DNA of 63,632 nucleotides, the filler included. It is 8 parts of 8 records of this genome, joined end to end, with 100 filler letters (N's around TTAATTAATTAA, not from the genome) between each part and the next. Parts side by side here need not be neighbours in the genome. Positions count along the whole stretch, not along the records: positions 6,114 to 12,612 come from SRR20825006_1409; positions 12,713 to 22,530 come from SRR20825006_1415; 6 more parts are not named here. The stretch is one strand, 5' to 3'. A model generated the notes under the pieces. The model saw nothing but the letters and a program-made list of their open reading frames with translations. It searched no databases and was not told the origin of the DNA. Position numbers and translations under genes: made by a program. Shown here piece by piece: positions 10,621 to 20,166 of the stretch (its first letter is position 1; every line of letters begins with the position of its first letter).

Positions 10621-11781
10621 ATGGCGACCGGCATGCACTCAAACTCCCTCAATCCGCCGGAGCTGACGCTCGGCATCAAGCTGCAGCAGATCAACTGGGG
10701 GCTCATCCTGCTCCTGACCCTGATCGCTTCTGTCGGCTTCGCCATGCTCTACTCGGCCGCCAATGGCAGCTGGACGCCCTGGGCCATGCGCCAGGCCATC
10801 CGGTTCGGTGTCGGTCTGGTGATCACGCTGGGTATCGCGCTGATCGACCTGCGGTTCCTGATGCGCTGGTCCTACGCCTTCTATTTTCTGTCTCTGGGAC
10901 TGTTGGGGGTTGTGGAAATCGCGGGTGAAATCGGCATGGGCGCGCAGCGCTGGATCGATCTCGGTGTCTTCCGTCTGCAACCGTCCGAGTTGATGAAGCT
11001 GGCATTGGTGCTGGCACTGGCGCGGTATTTCCATCGCCAGACTTTCGAGGAAGTCGGCCGTATTCGCAGTCTGTTCGTGCCGCTGGTTCTGGTTTTCTCT
11101 CCGGCAATCCTGGTGTTGCGTCAGCCGGATCTGGGCACGGCGGGCATGATTATTCTCGGCGGTGGGGCAATATTCTTCCTTGCCGGAGTGCGGATCTGGA
11201 AATTCGTCACCGTTCTGGTGCTCGGCCTGTCCGCGATCCCGATCGGCTGGCAGTTCCTGCATAATTATCAGAAGAACCGGATACTGACCTTCCTCAACCC
11301 GGAGAACGACCCTCTCGGCGCGGGGTATCACATCCTGCAATCCAAGATCGCGCTCGGCTCCGGAGGGTTGTTTGGTAAGGGCTTCCTGCAAGGCTCCCAG
11401 AGCCATCTGAACTTCCTGCCGGAAAAGCAGACCGACTTCATTTTCACCATGCTGGCCGAAGAACTGGGGCTGGCGGGGGCATTGTTCCTGCTGCTGCTTT
11501 ATGTCCTGGCACTTGGATATGGCTTTGCCATCGCGTTGCGTTGCTCCAGCCAGTTTGGCCGCCTTCTGGCGCTGGGGACAACGACGACGCTGTTTCTCTA
11601 CATGTTCATCAACATTGCCATGGTGATGGGGCTTATCCCGGTTGTCGGTGTGCCGTTGCCTCTGATCTCCTATGGTGGAACAGCCATGCTGACGGCAATG
11701 ATCGGCTTTGGCCTGATCATCAATTGCTATGTTCATCGTGATATCGAGATTGGCCGGCAAAGCTTCGAGGATGAGGATTGA
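10621..11781 (+). CDS. rodA: SEDS peptidoglycan polymerase RodA
   Basis: GAQRWI, LQPSELMK, QPDLGT, GAGYHILQS, LPEKQTDFIF, LISYGG. Confidence 0.97.
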   Translation: MATGMHSNSLNPPELTLGIKLQQINWGLILLLTLIASVGFAMLYSAANGSWTPWAMRQAIRFGVGLVITLGIALIDLRFLMRWSYAFYFLSLGLLGVVEIAGEIGMGAQRWIDLGVFRLQPSELMKLALVLALARYFHRQTFEEVGRIRSLFVPLVLVFSPAILVLRQPDLGTAGMIILGGGAIFFLAGVRIWKFVTVLVLGLSAIPIGWQFLHNYQKNRILTFLNPENDPLGAGYHILQSKIALGSGGLFGKGFLQGSQSHLNFLPEKQTDFIFTMLAEELGLAGALFLLLLYVLALGYGFAIALRCSSQFGRLLALGTTTTLFLYMFINIAMVMGLIPVVGVPLPLISYGGTAMLTAMIGFGLIINCYVHRDIEIGRQSFEDED

Positions 11782-11823
11782 AACTGTTTCTCCTCACTGC
11801 GCCAGCGCTGAAATGTCTTATGG

Positions 11824-11877
11824 TTGAGTTTTTCTTAAACAGAAAAGCACTTTAATAGACTTTTAAATGGTTTTTAC
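11824..11877. promoter_or_regulatory. cluster of CtrA-like boxes
   Basis: Perfect TTAA-N7-TTAA at 11852-11866, overlapping TTAA-N7-TTAC at 11863-11877, TTGA-N7-TTAA at 11824-11838. Confidence 0.6.
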
Positions 11878-11957
11878 GGTAAACTGGCGTCGACAAGCGT
11901 TTTATTATGTAAAACTGCCTGCTGGTTTCAGTGCAGGGGCGAACGGGTTGGTGATCC

Positions 11958-12524
11958 TTGGATAATATCGAACGCAAGAGCCTGAAAATTCTCGCTGACT
12001 CCACGCGTGAGAGCCAGGGTGAGAACGACCTTACACGCAATCTCGATGCAGCAGCCGAAACCGGCGATCGGGAAGAATACGACCGGGCCAGGGACAGTTT
12101 TGATTCCCTGCCGCCGGAAGAACGGCGCAGTATCGGGAGCGGCGCTATCGAGCATGCGGAAACCGTCCGGATAGAAGCCAAGCTTTCCAAAGCGACCAGT
12201 GGCCGGCCGACACCGCCAGATCAACAGGCCGAGGAAGAGCGCGACATGCTCGGGTTGGATTGGGTGCTGGGAAAGCCTGAGGGCACTCCGGTGCCAAGAA
12301 GCAACAAGAAGACTCAGATGCGCGCCCCTAAATCCCCCCGCCCAACGGCCCAGGCGCCATTGCCGGACGACGGGGAAGGGAACTGGAATTGGCAGGCGCT
12401 GCCGGACGACCCAACCCTGCGAAACGGGAAGAAAATGAAGGACCCCTTGCAGGAGCTGCGCGAGCAGATGCTTGGACCGGACTCAGGCCACACCTGGCGG
12501 CGATCCTCGCCTTCCGGCGAATAA
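11958..12524 (+). CDS. hypothetical protein (helical N-terminus, Pro/charge-rich C-terminus)
   Basis: 188-aa ORF filling the rodA-tRNA gap; TTG start; no family recognised. Confidence 0.65.
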   Translation: MDNIERKSLKILADSTRESQGENDLTRNLDAAAETGDREEYDRARDSFDSLPPEERRSIGSGAIEHAETVRIEAKLSKATSGRPTPPDQQAEEERDMLGLDWVLGKPEGTPVPRSNKKTQMRAPKSPRPTAQAPLPDDGEGNWNWQALPDDPTLRNGKKMKDPLQELREQMLGPDSGHTWRRSSPSGE

Positions 12525-12583
12525 TTCAAAACCCCCTTGCAATAGGATCACGCCTTTAGTATCAATCCGCTCCTTCGACGGGC

Positions 12584-12612
12584 GGGCGCATAGCTCAGTT
12601 GGTAGAGCAGCT
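12584..12612 (+). tRNA. tRNA, probably Lys, 5' fragment truncated by contig end
   Basis: GGGCGCATAGCTCAGTTGGTAGAGCAGCT; TTGCAA-N17-TATCAA promoter at 12537-12565. Confidence 0.8.
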
Positions 12613-12712
12613 NNNNNNNNNNNNNNNNNNNNNNNNNNNNNNNNNNNNNNNNNNNNTTAATTAATTAANNNNNNNNNNNNNNNNNNNNNNNNNNNNNNNN
12701 NNNNNNNNNNNN
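12613..12712. other. artificial contig spacer
   Basis: N44-TTAATTAATTAA-N44. Confidence 0.99.
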
Positions 12713-13790
12713 TTTCAACACCGGCGACAACGAAGGCGTGGGATATTTCCGCGTCAATCAACGAAACGGCTGGCGTATGAACACGGCCAAGGCGTTTCTG
12801 CGCACCGCCACCGGCCAGACGCTGAAGGTTGAAACACAGGCGCACACCCGCCGTATCCTGATCGAAGACGGGCGCGCCGTGGGCGTGGAATACGACCGCG
12901 CCGGCGTGCCCCGTCAGGCGCGGGCCGGGGCCGAGGTGATCCTGTGCGCCGGTGCGGTCAACAGTCCGCAAATTCTGCAACTGTCGGGCATCGGTCCGGG
13001 CGAACTGCTGCAAGAGCATGGGATCGCCGTTCAGCATGATGCGCCACAGGTGGGTGCCAATCTGCAAGACCATCTGCAACTGCGCTGCGCGTGGCGGCTG
13101 ACACAGGCCAAGACGTTGAACACCATGGCCAACAGCCTGTGGGGCAAGGCGTTGATCGGCATGGAATATGCCATGCGCCGCAGCGGTCCGATGTCGATGG
13201 CCCCCAGCCAGTTGGGCGCATTCAGCAAATCGCGCCCCGATCTGGCAACGGCGGATCTGGAATATCACGTGCAGCCGCTGTCGCTCGAGGCGTTTGGCCA
13301 GCCCTTGCACAATTTCCCCGCCATCACCGCCAGCGTCTGCAACCTGCGCCCCGAAAGCCGTGGAACGGTGCAGATTGCATCGGCGGATCCGCATCAGGCA
13401 CCTGTGATCGCGCCCAACTACCTGTCAACCGAAGGCGACCGTCAAGTCGCGCGCGATGCCATCCGGCAGGTGCGTGCGATCATGGCGCAGGCCCCGATGC
13501 AGCGCTATGCACCAGAAGAATTGAAGCCGGGTGCGCAGGCGCGGACCGATGCGGAACTGGCCCAGGCGGCGGGGGATGTGGGCACGACAATCTTTCACCC
13601 CACCTGCACGGTGCGGATGGGGGGCGATGATGCGCCGCTGGACGGTGAAATGCGCCTGCGCGGGGTCGGCGGCCTGCGTGTGGTGGATGCCAGCGCCATG
13701 CCTGCCATCCCCAGCGGCAACACCAATGCACCGACGATCATGATGGCGGAAAAGGCCAGCGACATGATCCTGGCCGCCGCACGCGGCTAA
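12713..13790 (+). CDS. GMC (choline dehydrogenase-like) oxidoreductase, 5' truncated
   Basis: LCAGAVNSPQILQLSGIG, VGANLQDH, TIFHP, LRVVDASAMP, GNTNAPT. Confidence 0.92.
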
Positions 13791-13809
13791 GGGCGATTCG
13801 CCAGACCCC

Positions 13810-13848
13810 AAAAACAACAAACCCCCGCAGGCACTGCCATGCGGGGGT
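13810..13848 (-). terminator. intrinsic terminator after rpsU
   Basis: ACCCCCGCA...TGCGGGGGT hairpin with A-rich flank (U-tract on minus strand). Confidence 0.65.
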
Positions 13849-13882
13849 CCGTAATCTTAAAGCAGCTTACGCCGGGGATGAC

Positions 13883-14089
13883 TTACATCATACCTTCGCG
13901 TTGAGCCTTTTTGCGTGCCAGCTTGCGGGCACGGCGGATCGCTTCGGCTTTCTCGCGTGCTTTTTTCTCGGAGGGTTTCTCGAAATGCTGCTTGAGCTTC
14001 ATTTCACGGAACACACCTTCGCGCTGAAGTTTTTTCTTCAGGGCGCGCAGCGCTTGATCGACGTTGTTGTCGCGAACACTAACCTGCAT
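13883..14089 (-). CDS. rpsU: 30S ribosomal protein S21
   Basis: [25 protein letters not shown]...FEKPSEK. Confidence 0.98.
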   Translation of the reverse strand: MQVSVRDNNVDQALRALKKKLQREGVFREMKLKQHFEKPSEKKAREKAEAIRRARKLARKKAQREGMM

Positions 14090-14205
14090 GTGGTTTTCAC
14101 CACCTTTCTAAGTTGAGTTGCAAGGATTTGCAGGAAGTGGGCATATAGCAACTGTGACCTAGTTTGTCCAGTACCCGGACGCACCCGCCACAAGGAGGTA
14201 TCGAG

Positions 14206-14898
14206 ATGAACGCGAACTATGCCGAAACCAAAGAGGCGCTGTTGCAGGCCGCCCTGAGCCACGTGGCATTCGACGGCTGGACCGATGCGACGTTTCAGGC
14301 CGCCATCCGCGACGCGGACGTGGCTCCGGCGGTTGCACGCGCTGTGTGCCCGCGTGGTGCGGTCGATCTGGCGCTGGCCTATCACGCGGCGGGCGATCAG
14401 GCGATGGTCGCGCGGTTGCAGTCCGAAGACCTGAGCGCCCTGCGCTTTCGTGACCGTATCGCTGCGGCTGTCCGTTACCGGCTTGAGGCGGTCGGGGACA
14501 AGGAAGCCGTGCGCCGTGGCACCACGCTGTTTGCGCTGCCGAACCATGCCGCTGACGGGGCCAAGGCGATCTGGGGCACCGCCGACGCCATCTGGACCGC
14601 GCTGGGTGACACCTCGGACGATGTGAACTGGTACACCAAGCGGGCCACGCTGTCGGGTGTCTATGGTTCAACCGTTCTGTATTGGCTGGGGGATGACAGT
14701 GTCGACCATCAGGCGACATGGGCGTTTCTGGACCGGCGCATCGACAACGTCATGCAGATCGAAAAGGTCAAGGCGCAGGTGCGGGACAATCCTGTTCTGT
14801 CCAGGCTGATGGCAGGCCCGAACAAGTTGATGGAGACGATCAGACGCCCTTCGGACAGGGGCGGATTTCCCGGTCGTTGGAGCAAGCCCCGCAATTGA
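14206..14898 (+). CDS. COQ9-family (rpsU-divergent) protein
   Basis: HVAFDGW, IWTALGDTSDDVNWYTKRATL, FLDRRIDNVM; AGGAGG RBS. Confidence 0.9.
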   Translation: MNANYAETKEALLQAALSHVAFDGWTDATFQAAIRDADVAPAVARAVCPRGAVDLALAYHAAGDQAMVARLQSEDLSALRFRDRIAAAVRYRLEAVGDKEAVRRGTTLFALPNHAADGAKAIWGTADAIWTALGDTSDDVNWYTKRATLSGVYGSTVLYWLGDDSVDHQATWAFLDRRIDNVMQIEKVKAQVRDNPVLSRLMAGPNKLMETIRRPSDRGGFPGRWSKPRN

Positions 14899-14991
14899 CG
14901 CCACGTGCCGTGTCTGCCGCGTGATGTGGTGTCGGTTCCGTCCCGGCCTGCGCCCTGCTAGGCATGTGAAAATGACATTCAGGAGTTCCCC

Positions 14992-15981
14992 ATGACACAG
15001 ACCATGCGCGCGATTGAGATCACCAAGCCCGGCGGGCCGGACGTATTGCAACCCACCGAACGCCCCATGCCGCAGGCCGGGCACGGTCAGGTTGTCATCA
15101 AGGTGGCCTTTGCCGGTGTGAACCGCCCCGACGCCCTGCAACGTGCCGGCATGTACGCGCCGCCGAAGACCGCCAGTGATCTGCCGGGGCTGGAAGCGTC
15201 GGGCGTGATTGCGGAAGTTGGCGCAGGCGTGACCGATTGGGCTGTGGGCGACAAGGTATGTGCCCTGCTGCCCGGCGGTGGCTATGCCGAATATGTGGCA
15301 ACACCCGCCGCGCATTGCCTGCCCGTGCCCGAAGGCATGGACATGAAACAGGCGGCCTGCTTGCCCGAAACCTTCTTCACCGTCTGGTCCAACGTGTTCA
15401 CGCGGGGCGGGCTGAAAGGCGGCGAGCGGTTCCTGATCCACGGCGGGTCCAGCGGGATCGGCACGACCGCGATCCAGCTGGCCCAGCACTTTGGCGCGCG
15501 GGTCTTTGTCACCGCAGGGTCGGCAGAAAAATGTGCGGCCTGCGTCGAACTGGGCGCAGAGCGGGCGATCAACTACAAGGACGAGGATTTCGTCGAGATC
15601 ATGAAAGAGGCAGGCGGCGCCGATCTGATTCTGGACATGGTGGGCGGCGATTACATCCCGCGCAACCTGTCGGCACTGGCCGATGACGGACGGCTGGTGC
15701 AGATTGCATTTCTGCAAGGTCCCAAGGTCGAGATGAACTTTGCCCAGTTGATGACGCGCCGGCTGACGATGACGGGCAGCACGCTGCGCCCCCAAAGCGA
15801 TCTGGCCAAGGCGCGCATTGCGCAGGACCTGCGCGAAGCGGTTTGGCCGCTTCTGGCGGCGGGCAAGATTGCACCGGTGATGGACAGCACCTTTGCCTTC
15901 GAGCAGGCTTGTGACGCGCACGCGCGCATGGAAACCAGCACTCATATCGGTAAGATCGTTCTTGAAATCGGCGGCGCATAA
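14992..15981 (+). CDS. NAD(P)H-quinone oxidoreductase, PIG3-type MDR
   Basis: GVNRPD, LPETFFTVW, HGGSSGIG, GSTLRPQ, HIGKIVL. Confidence 0.92.
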   Translation: MTQTMRAIEITKPGGPDVLQPTERPMPQAGHGQVVIKVAFAGVNRPDALQRAGMYAPPKTASDLPGLEASGVIAEVGAGVTDWAVGDKVCALLPGGGYAEYVATPAAHCLPVPEGMDMKQAACLPETFFTVWSNVFTRGGLKGGERFLIHGGSSGIGTTAIQLAQHFGARVFVTAGSAEKCAACVELGAERAINYKDEDFVEIMKEAGGADLILDMVGGDYIPRNLSALADDGRLVQIAFLQGPKVEMNFAQLMTRRLTMTGSTLRPQSDLAKARIAQDLREAVWPLLAAGKIAPVMDSTFAFEQACDAHARMETSTHIGKIVLEIGGA

Positions 15982-15994
15982 GGGGACCCCTGAC

Positions 15995-16969
15995 ATGGCA
16001 CTGACAGCAATCATCAAGGAAAACGGCGGGCCCGAGAATTTTGTTCTCGAAGATCGCCCCGTTGGAGATCCCGGCCCCGGTGAAGTGCGTATCGCGCACA
16101 AGGCGGTGGGGCTGAATTTTATCGACGTGTATCAGCGCACCGGCCTTTACCCGATGGAACTGCCCCACGCGCTGGGGATGGAAGCCGCCGGGATCATCGA
16201 GGCGGTGGGCGAGGGGGTCACACACCTCAGGGTTGGTGACCGTGCGGCCTATGCTGCGCAACCGCCCGGTGCCTATTGCGAGGCGCGGGTGATGCCTGCT
16301 GCACAGGTCTGCCCGCTGCCGGACGACATCAGCTTTGAACAGGGCGCGGCGATGATGCTGAAAGGCATGACGGCGGAGTACCTGCTGCACCGCACAACGC
16401 CATTGCAAATGAACGACACGGTGCTGTTCCACGCAGCCGCCGGCGGTGTGGGTTTGATCGCCTGTCAATGGGCGCGGTCGGAAGGGATCAAGCTGATCGG
16501 CACCGCTGGTACGGACGAAAAATGCGCGCTGGCGCGAGAGCATGGGGCCGCGCATTGCATCAACTATCGCACCGAGGACTGGGTCGCGCGGGTGCGTGAA
16601 CTGACCGACGGCAAGGGCGTTGAAGCGGTGATGGACGCCGTGGGCAAGGACACGTTCGACGGATCGCTGAATTGCCTGAAACCTTTGGGCATGATGATCT
16701 CTTTCGGGAATGCTTCGGGGCCGGTGCCGCCGTTCGATCTGGGAATTCTTGGCCCCAAGGGGTCGTTGAAAATCACCCGACCGTCGATCTTTACCCATAT
16801 CGCCGACCACAAAACCTGTCAGCAAATGGCGCAACACCTGTTCGACAAGGTGCTGTCTGGTGATGTGGAGATTCGCATCGACCAACGGTTCGCGCTGAAA
16901 GATGTGGCCGAAGCGCACCGCGCGCTGGAAGCCCGCAAGACGACAGGCAGCACCATTCTGACGCTGTAG
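15995..16969 (+). CDS. qor: quinone oxidoreductase, zeta-crystallin type
   Basis: GLNFIDVYQRTGLYP, HAAAGGVG, FGNASG, RKTTGSTIL; ATG 15995. Confidence 0.88.
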   Translation: MALTAIIKENGGPENFVLEDRPVGDPGPGEVRIAHKAVGLNFIDVYQRTGLYPMELPHALGMEAAGIIEAVGEGVTHLRVGDRAAYAAQPPGAYCEARVMPAAQVCPLPDDISFEQGAAMMLKGMTAEYLLHRTTPLQMNDTVLFHAAAGGVGLIACQWARSEGIKLIGTAGTDEKCALAREHGAAHCINYRTEDWVARVRELTDGKGVEAVMDAVGKDTFDGSLNCLKPLGMMISFGNASGPVPPFDLGILGPKGSLKITRPSIFTHIADHKTCQQMAQHLFDKVLSGDVEIRIDQRFALKDVAEAHRALEARKTTGSTILTL

Positions 16970-16977
16970 CGACTGCC

Positions 16978-17008
16978 GCCCCTTCGGAAGCGTCCGGCGG
17001 GGCTTTTT
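16978..17008 (+). terminator. intrinsic terminator after qor
   Basis: GCCCCTTCGGA-AGCG-TCCGGCGGGGC followed by TTTTT. Confidence 0.6.
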
Positions 17009-17117
17009 GAGCCAGAGAAGATGGGGCGGACACTGTGGTGATCCGCCCCTTTTTCGGTCCGGGCGGGTGGTTCTTTTGGCCCCCGGATACCTTCGTCGCA
17101 GGCTTCTGCCTTCTCGG

Positions 17118-17747
17118 CTAGCGCACCGGATCGAAAACGGCGTCTTTCATCCGGCAATCGCGCACCACGTCTTGCCCGCAGGGCACCGGTTTCAGGTCAC
17201 GCGAGAGGCAGATGCGGGCTTCTTGTATCATGCCGTCCTGACAGGTGATGGTGATGCCATCACGCACGAATCCGGGATTGGCTTGCAGGAATGCCTCTTC
17301 GACGACGGAGGCAGGCAGCTTCATCCGCTTGGTGATCTGGCGAAAGACGGGCGGGCGCACGACCGAGGCATAGGCCTCGCGCGACAGGGCATAATAGTCG
17401 GCGGCGCTCAGGCCGGTGCAGGTGCCATGTTTCTTCCATTGGTGCCATGCCAGGCCGGATGTGCCCATGATATCCGCCATTTGCGCAGTCATACCGCGCG
17501 ATGGCGGGCGTTGGGACGTGTTGCAATAGGAGGGATAGCCGCGATGGTATTGCGGCCAGAGACCGTGCAATATCCAGCCGTGATCCTGGCTGGCGTCACA
17601 TTGCGGAGAGCGGCGGGCGTCGCCTTCGCGCGCGCACCAGTTGGGCGACCATGACAGCGACATCACGTAATAGTCGAACACTCCCGCACGGTCGTTTTCC
17701 GCCCAAACGGGCAAGGCCATACAAAGCCAGATCAGTGCTGCGCGCAT
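17118..17747 (-). CDS. secreted ribonuclease T2
   Basis: Signal peptide, FDYYVMSLSWSPNWC, ILHGLWPQ, WHQWKKHGTC. Confidence 0.93.
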   Translation of the reverse strand: MRAALIWLCMALPVWAENDRAGVFDYYVMSLSWSPNWCAREGDARRSPQCDASQDHGWILHGLWPQYHRGYPSYCNTSQRPPSRGMTAQMADIMGTSGLAWHQWKKHGTCTGLSAADYYALSREAYASVVRPPVFRQITKRMKLPASVVEEAFLQANPGFVRDGITITCQDGMIQEARICLSRDLKPVPCGQDVVRDCRMKDAVFDPVR

Positions 17748-17873
17748 TCGCCTCTTTCCTTATGCCCCTTGGAACAGTATATAGCCGCCAAGTTCCCCGA
17801 CAATGGAAACCGTTCTGCCCCGCAGGACAGCCCTTTCAGGCGACGGGAAAGTTATGCTTAAAGGAGCGAGACA

Positions 17874-18635
17874 ATGGCAAAACCGATCATGGCCAAGGCG
17901 ACAGCCGTCTGGCTGGTGGACAACACGACAATCAGCTTCAAGCAGATTGCCGACTTCGTCGAAATGCATGAACTCGAAGTGCAGGGCATCGCCGACGGTG
18001 ACGTGGCAACAGGCGTCAAAGGATTTGACCCCGTTGCCAACAACCAGTTGACGCAGGACGAAATCGACGCGGCGGAAAAGAACCCCGCGCACAAGCTGAA
18101 GCTGAAATTCAACGCGGCTGCCCAGGGCGAGGAAAAACGCCGTGGTCCGCGTTACACGCCGCTGTCGAAACGTCAGGACCGTCCCGCCGCGATCTATTGG
18201 CTGGTCAAGTTCCACCCCGAACTGGCGGACAGCCAGATTTCGAAGCTGGTGGGCACGACCAAGCCGACCATTCAGGCGATTCGCGAGCGCACGCATTGGA
18301 ACATTGCCAATATCCAGCCTGTTGATCCCGTCGCTCTGGGGTTGACCAAACAGTCCGAACTGGACGCCGCCGTCCAGAAGGCCGCCGCCAAGAAAGCGGC
18401 CGAAGGTGCCGTGATGACCGACGACGAGCGTCGCAAGCTGGTCAGCACCGAGCAAAGCCTTGGCATGGAGACCGAGCCCAAGATCCCCACGGCGATCGAA
18501 GGTCTGGAGACATTCAGCCTGTCGGGCCGTGATGAGGATGAAGACGAACACAAGAAAAGCGCGCATCTGGACGCGGGCAACCTGTTCAATCTGCCCGAGG
18601 GCGGTGACGACGACGACGAAGACGACGACATCTGA
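17874..18635 (+). CDS. trcR: DUF1013 / cell-cycle transcriptional regulator TrcR
   Basis: MAKATAVWLVDNT.ISFKQIADF, RGPRYTPLSKRQDRP, LVGTTKPTI, RTHWN; acidic tail. Confidence 0.85.
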   Translation: MAKPIMAKATAVWLVDNTTISFKQIADFVEMHELEVQGIADGDVATGVKGFDPVANNQLTQDEIDAAEKNPAHKLKLKFNAAAQGEEKRRGPRYTPLSKRQDRPAAIYWLVKFHPELADSQISKLVGTTKPTIQAIRERTHWNIANIQPVDPVALGLTKQSELDAAVQKAAAKKAAEGAVMTDDERRKLVSTEQSLGMETEPKIPTAIEGLETFSLSGRDEDEDEHKKSAHLDAGNLFNLPEGGDDDDEDDDI

Positions 18636-18657
18636 TTGCAGGCAAGGCAGACCTTGG

Positions 18658-18690
18658 AAAGGGCGGTGGGGACAACCTCGCCGCCCTTTT
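18658..18690 (+). terminator. intrinsic terminator after trcR
   Basis: AAAGGGCGGTGGGG-ACAA-CCTCGCCGCCCTTTT. Confidence 0.8.
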
Positions 18691-18789
18691 GCACGGGCCG
18701 AGCATATGACGCGCAAATGTTTGAATTTCGAGAAAATGGGTCCGGCTGCATTTTGCATCTTGTACGAATCCACAATGCATATAAATGCG

Positions 18790-18919
18790 GATTTACAGAC
18801 GCCAACGCACGCGCCTCTGGCCGGTCAGCTTCACTGACTGACCCGCGTTTATGTAGCGACGGTAACGTCTCTGATACTCAACCCCGCCCTTCGATGGGTG
18901 GTTGTCATTGGAGATGACC
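18790..18919 (+). promoter_or_regulatory. structured 5' leader of ornithine decarboxylase (candidate cis-regulatory RNA)
   Basis: Consecutive hairpins including GACG-GTAA-CGTC (GNRA loop) and one enclosing the GGAG RBS. Confidence 0.45.
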
Positions 18920-20092
18920 ATGAACGTTACAACACGCGGCATTGCCCGCGCCGCTGATGCTGTTTCACATGACCGTGCGGCTGCTTATATCGCCAGCCGC
19001 CAATTTGAACGCCCCACACTGGTGCTGGACCCCATGCGTGTGGCCGCGCAGTACGATGCGCTGGCCGAGGGCCTGTCCGGTGCCCGCATCCACTATGCCG
19101 TGAAGGCAAACCCGCAACCCGAAATTATCGGCACCCTCGTGGCCCGTGGATCGCGCTTTGACGCGGCAAGCCGGGCGGAAATCGAACTGTGCCTGAGCCA
19201 GGGCGCCGAAGCCTGTGACATTTCGTTCGGCAACACCATCAAGAAAGTGTCGGACATCGCCTTTGCCTATGGCGTGGGGATCGACCTTTACGCCGCTGAC
19301 GCGGAAGAAGAGCTGTTGAAGCTGGCCGAGCACGCCCCCGGCGCGCGTGTCTATATCCGTGTGATCGTGGAGCATTCGCAAGCCGACTGGCCGCTGAGCC
19401 GGAAATTCGGCTGCTCTGCGGCGAAAGTTGTTCCGCTGATGGACATGGCTGTTGAACTGGGCCTGCGCCCTGTGGGCATTTCGTTCCACGTCGGCAGCCA
19501 GACCCGCCGCGCGGCCTTCTGGAACCCTGTTCTGGATGAAATGGCCAAAGTCTGGACCACGGCGAAAGAGGCCGGTCACGACCTGAATGTTCTGAACCTG
19601 GGCGGCGGTTTCCCCGCCTTCTATGGCGAAACCATCGACGCGCCGCGCAGCTATGCCTCGGACGTGATGCATGCCGTACGCGCCCGTTTCGGTGCTGTGG
19701 ACTACATAATGGCAGAACCGGGCCGTGGTCTGGTGGCCGAAGCAGGTCACATCGCAGCCGAAGTTCTTCTGGTGTCGCGCAAGTCGGATGATGACATGCA
19801 CCGTTGGGTTTACCTGGACATCGGCAAGTTCTCGGGCCTGGCTGAAACCATGGACGAAGCGATCCGTTACCAGTTCACCACAGCGCGTGATGACGAGGAA
19901 ATGGGCCCCTGCGTTCTGGCCGGTCCGTCGTGCGACAGTGCAGATGTACTTTACGAAAAGCGCCCAATGTTGTTGCCTGTGGGTCTGAGTGCCGGAGACA
20001 AGGTGATGATTCGCAACTGTGGGGCCTATACCACCACGTATGCGAGCATCGGGTTCAACGGATTTCCGCCGCTGGATGTGATCGTTCTCTGA
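18920..20092 (+). CDS. ornithine/lysine decarboxylase, fold-type III PLP
   Basis: HYAVKANP, FDAAS..E, LSRKFG, SFHVGSQ, NLGGGF, AEPGR, GPSCDSAD, GAYT. Confidence 0.94.
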   Translation: MNVTTRGIARAADAVSHDRAAAYIASRQFERPTLVLDPMRVAAQYDALAEGLSGARIHYAVKANPQPEIIGTLVARGSRFDAASRAEIELCLSQGAEACDISFGNTIKKVSDIAFAYGVGIDLYAADAEEELLKLAEHAPGARVYIRVIVEHSQADWPLSRKFGCSAAKVVPLMDMAVELGLRPVGISFHVGSQTRRAAFWNPVLDEMAKVWTTAKEAGHDLNVLNLGGGFPAFYGETIDAPRSYASDVMHAVRARFGAVDYIMAEPGRGLVAEAGHIAAEVLLVSRKSDDDMHRWVYLDIGKFSGLAETMDEAIRYQFTTARDDEEMGPCVLAGPSCDSADVLYEKRPMLLPVGLSAGDKVMIRNCGAYTTTYASIGFNGFPPLDVIVL

Positions 20093-20111
20093 ACGATAGA
20101 TCGCGCGGAAT

Positions 20112-20149
20112 AGGGTCGTCTGCTTTGGGAGGAGCAGGCGACCTTTTTT
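20112..20149 (+). terminator. intrinsic terminator
   Basis: AGGGTCGTCTGCTT...GGAGCAGGCGACC followed by TTTTTT. Confidence 0.8.
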
Positions 20150-20166
20150 ATTGTTTTACAACGGGT

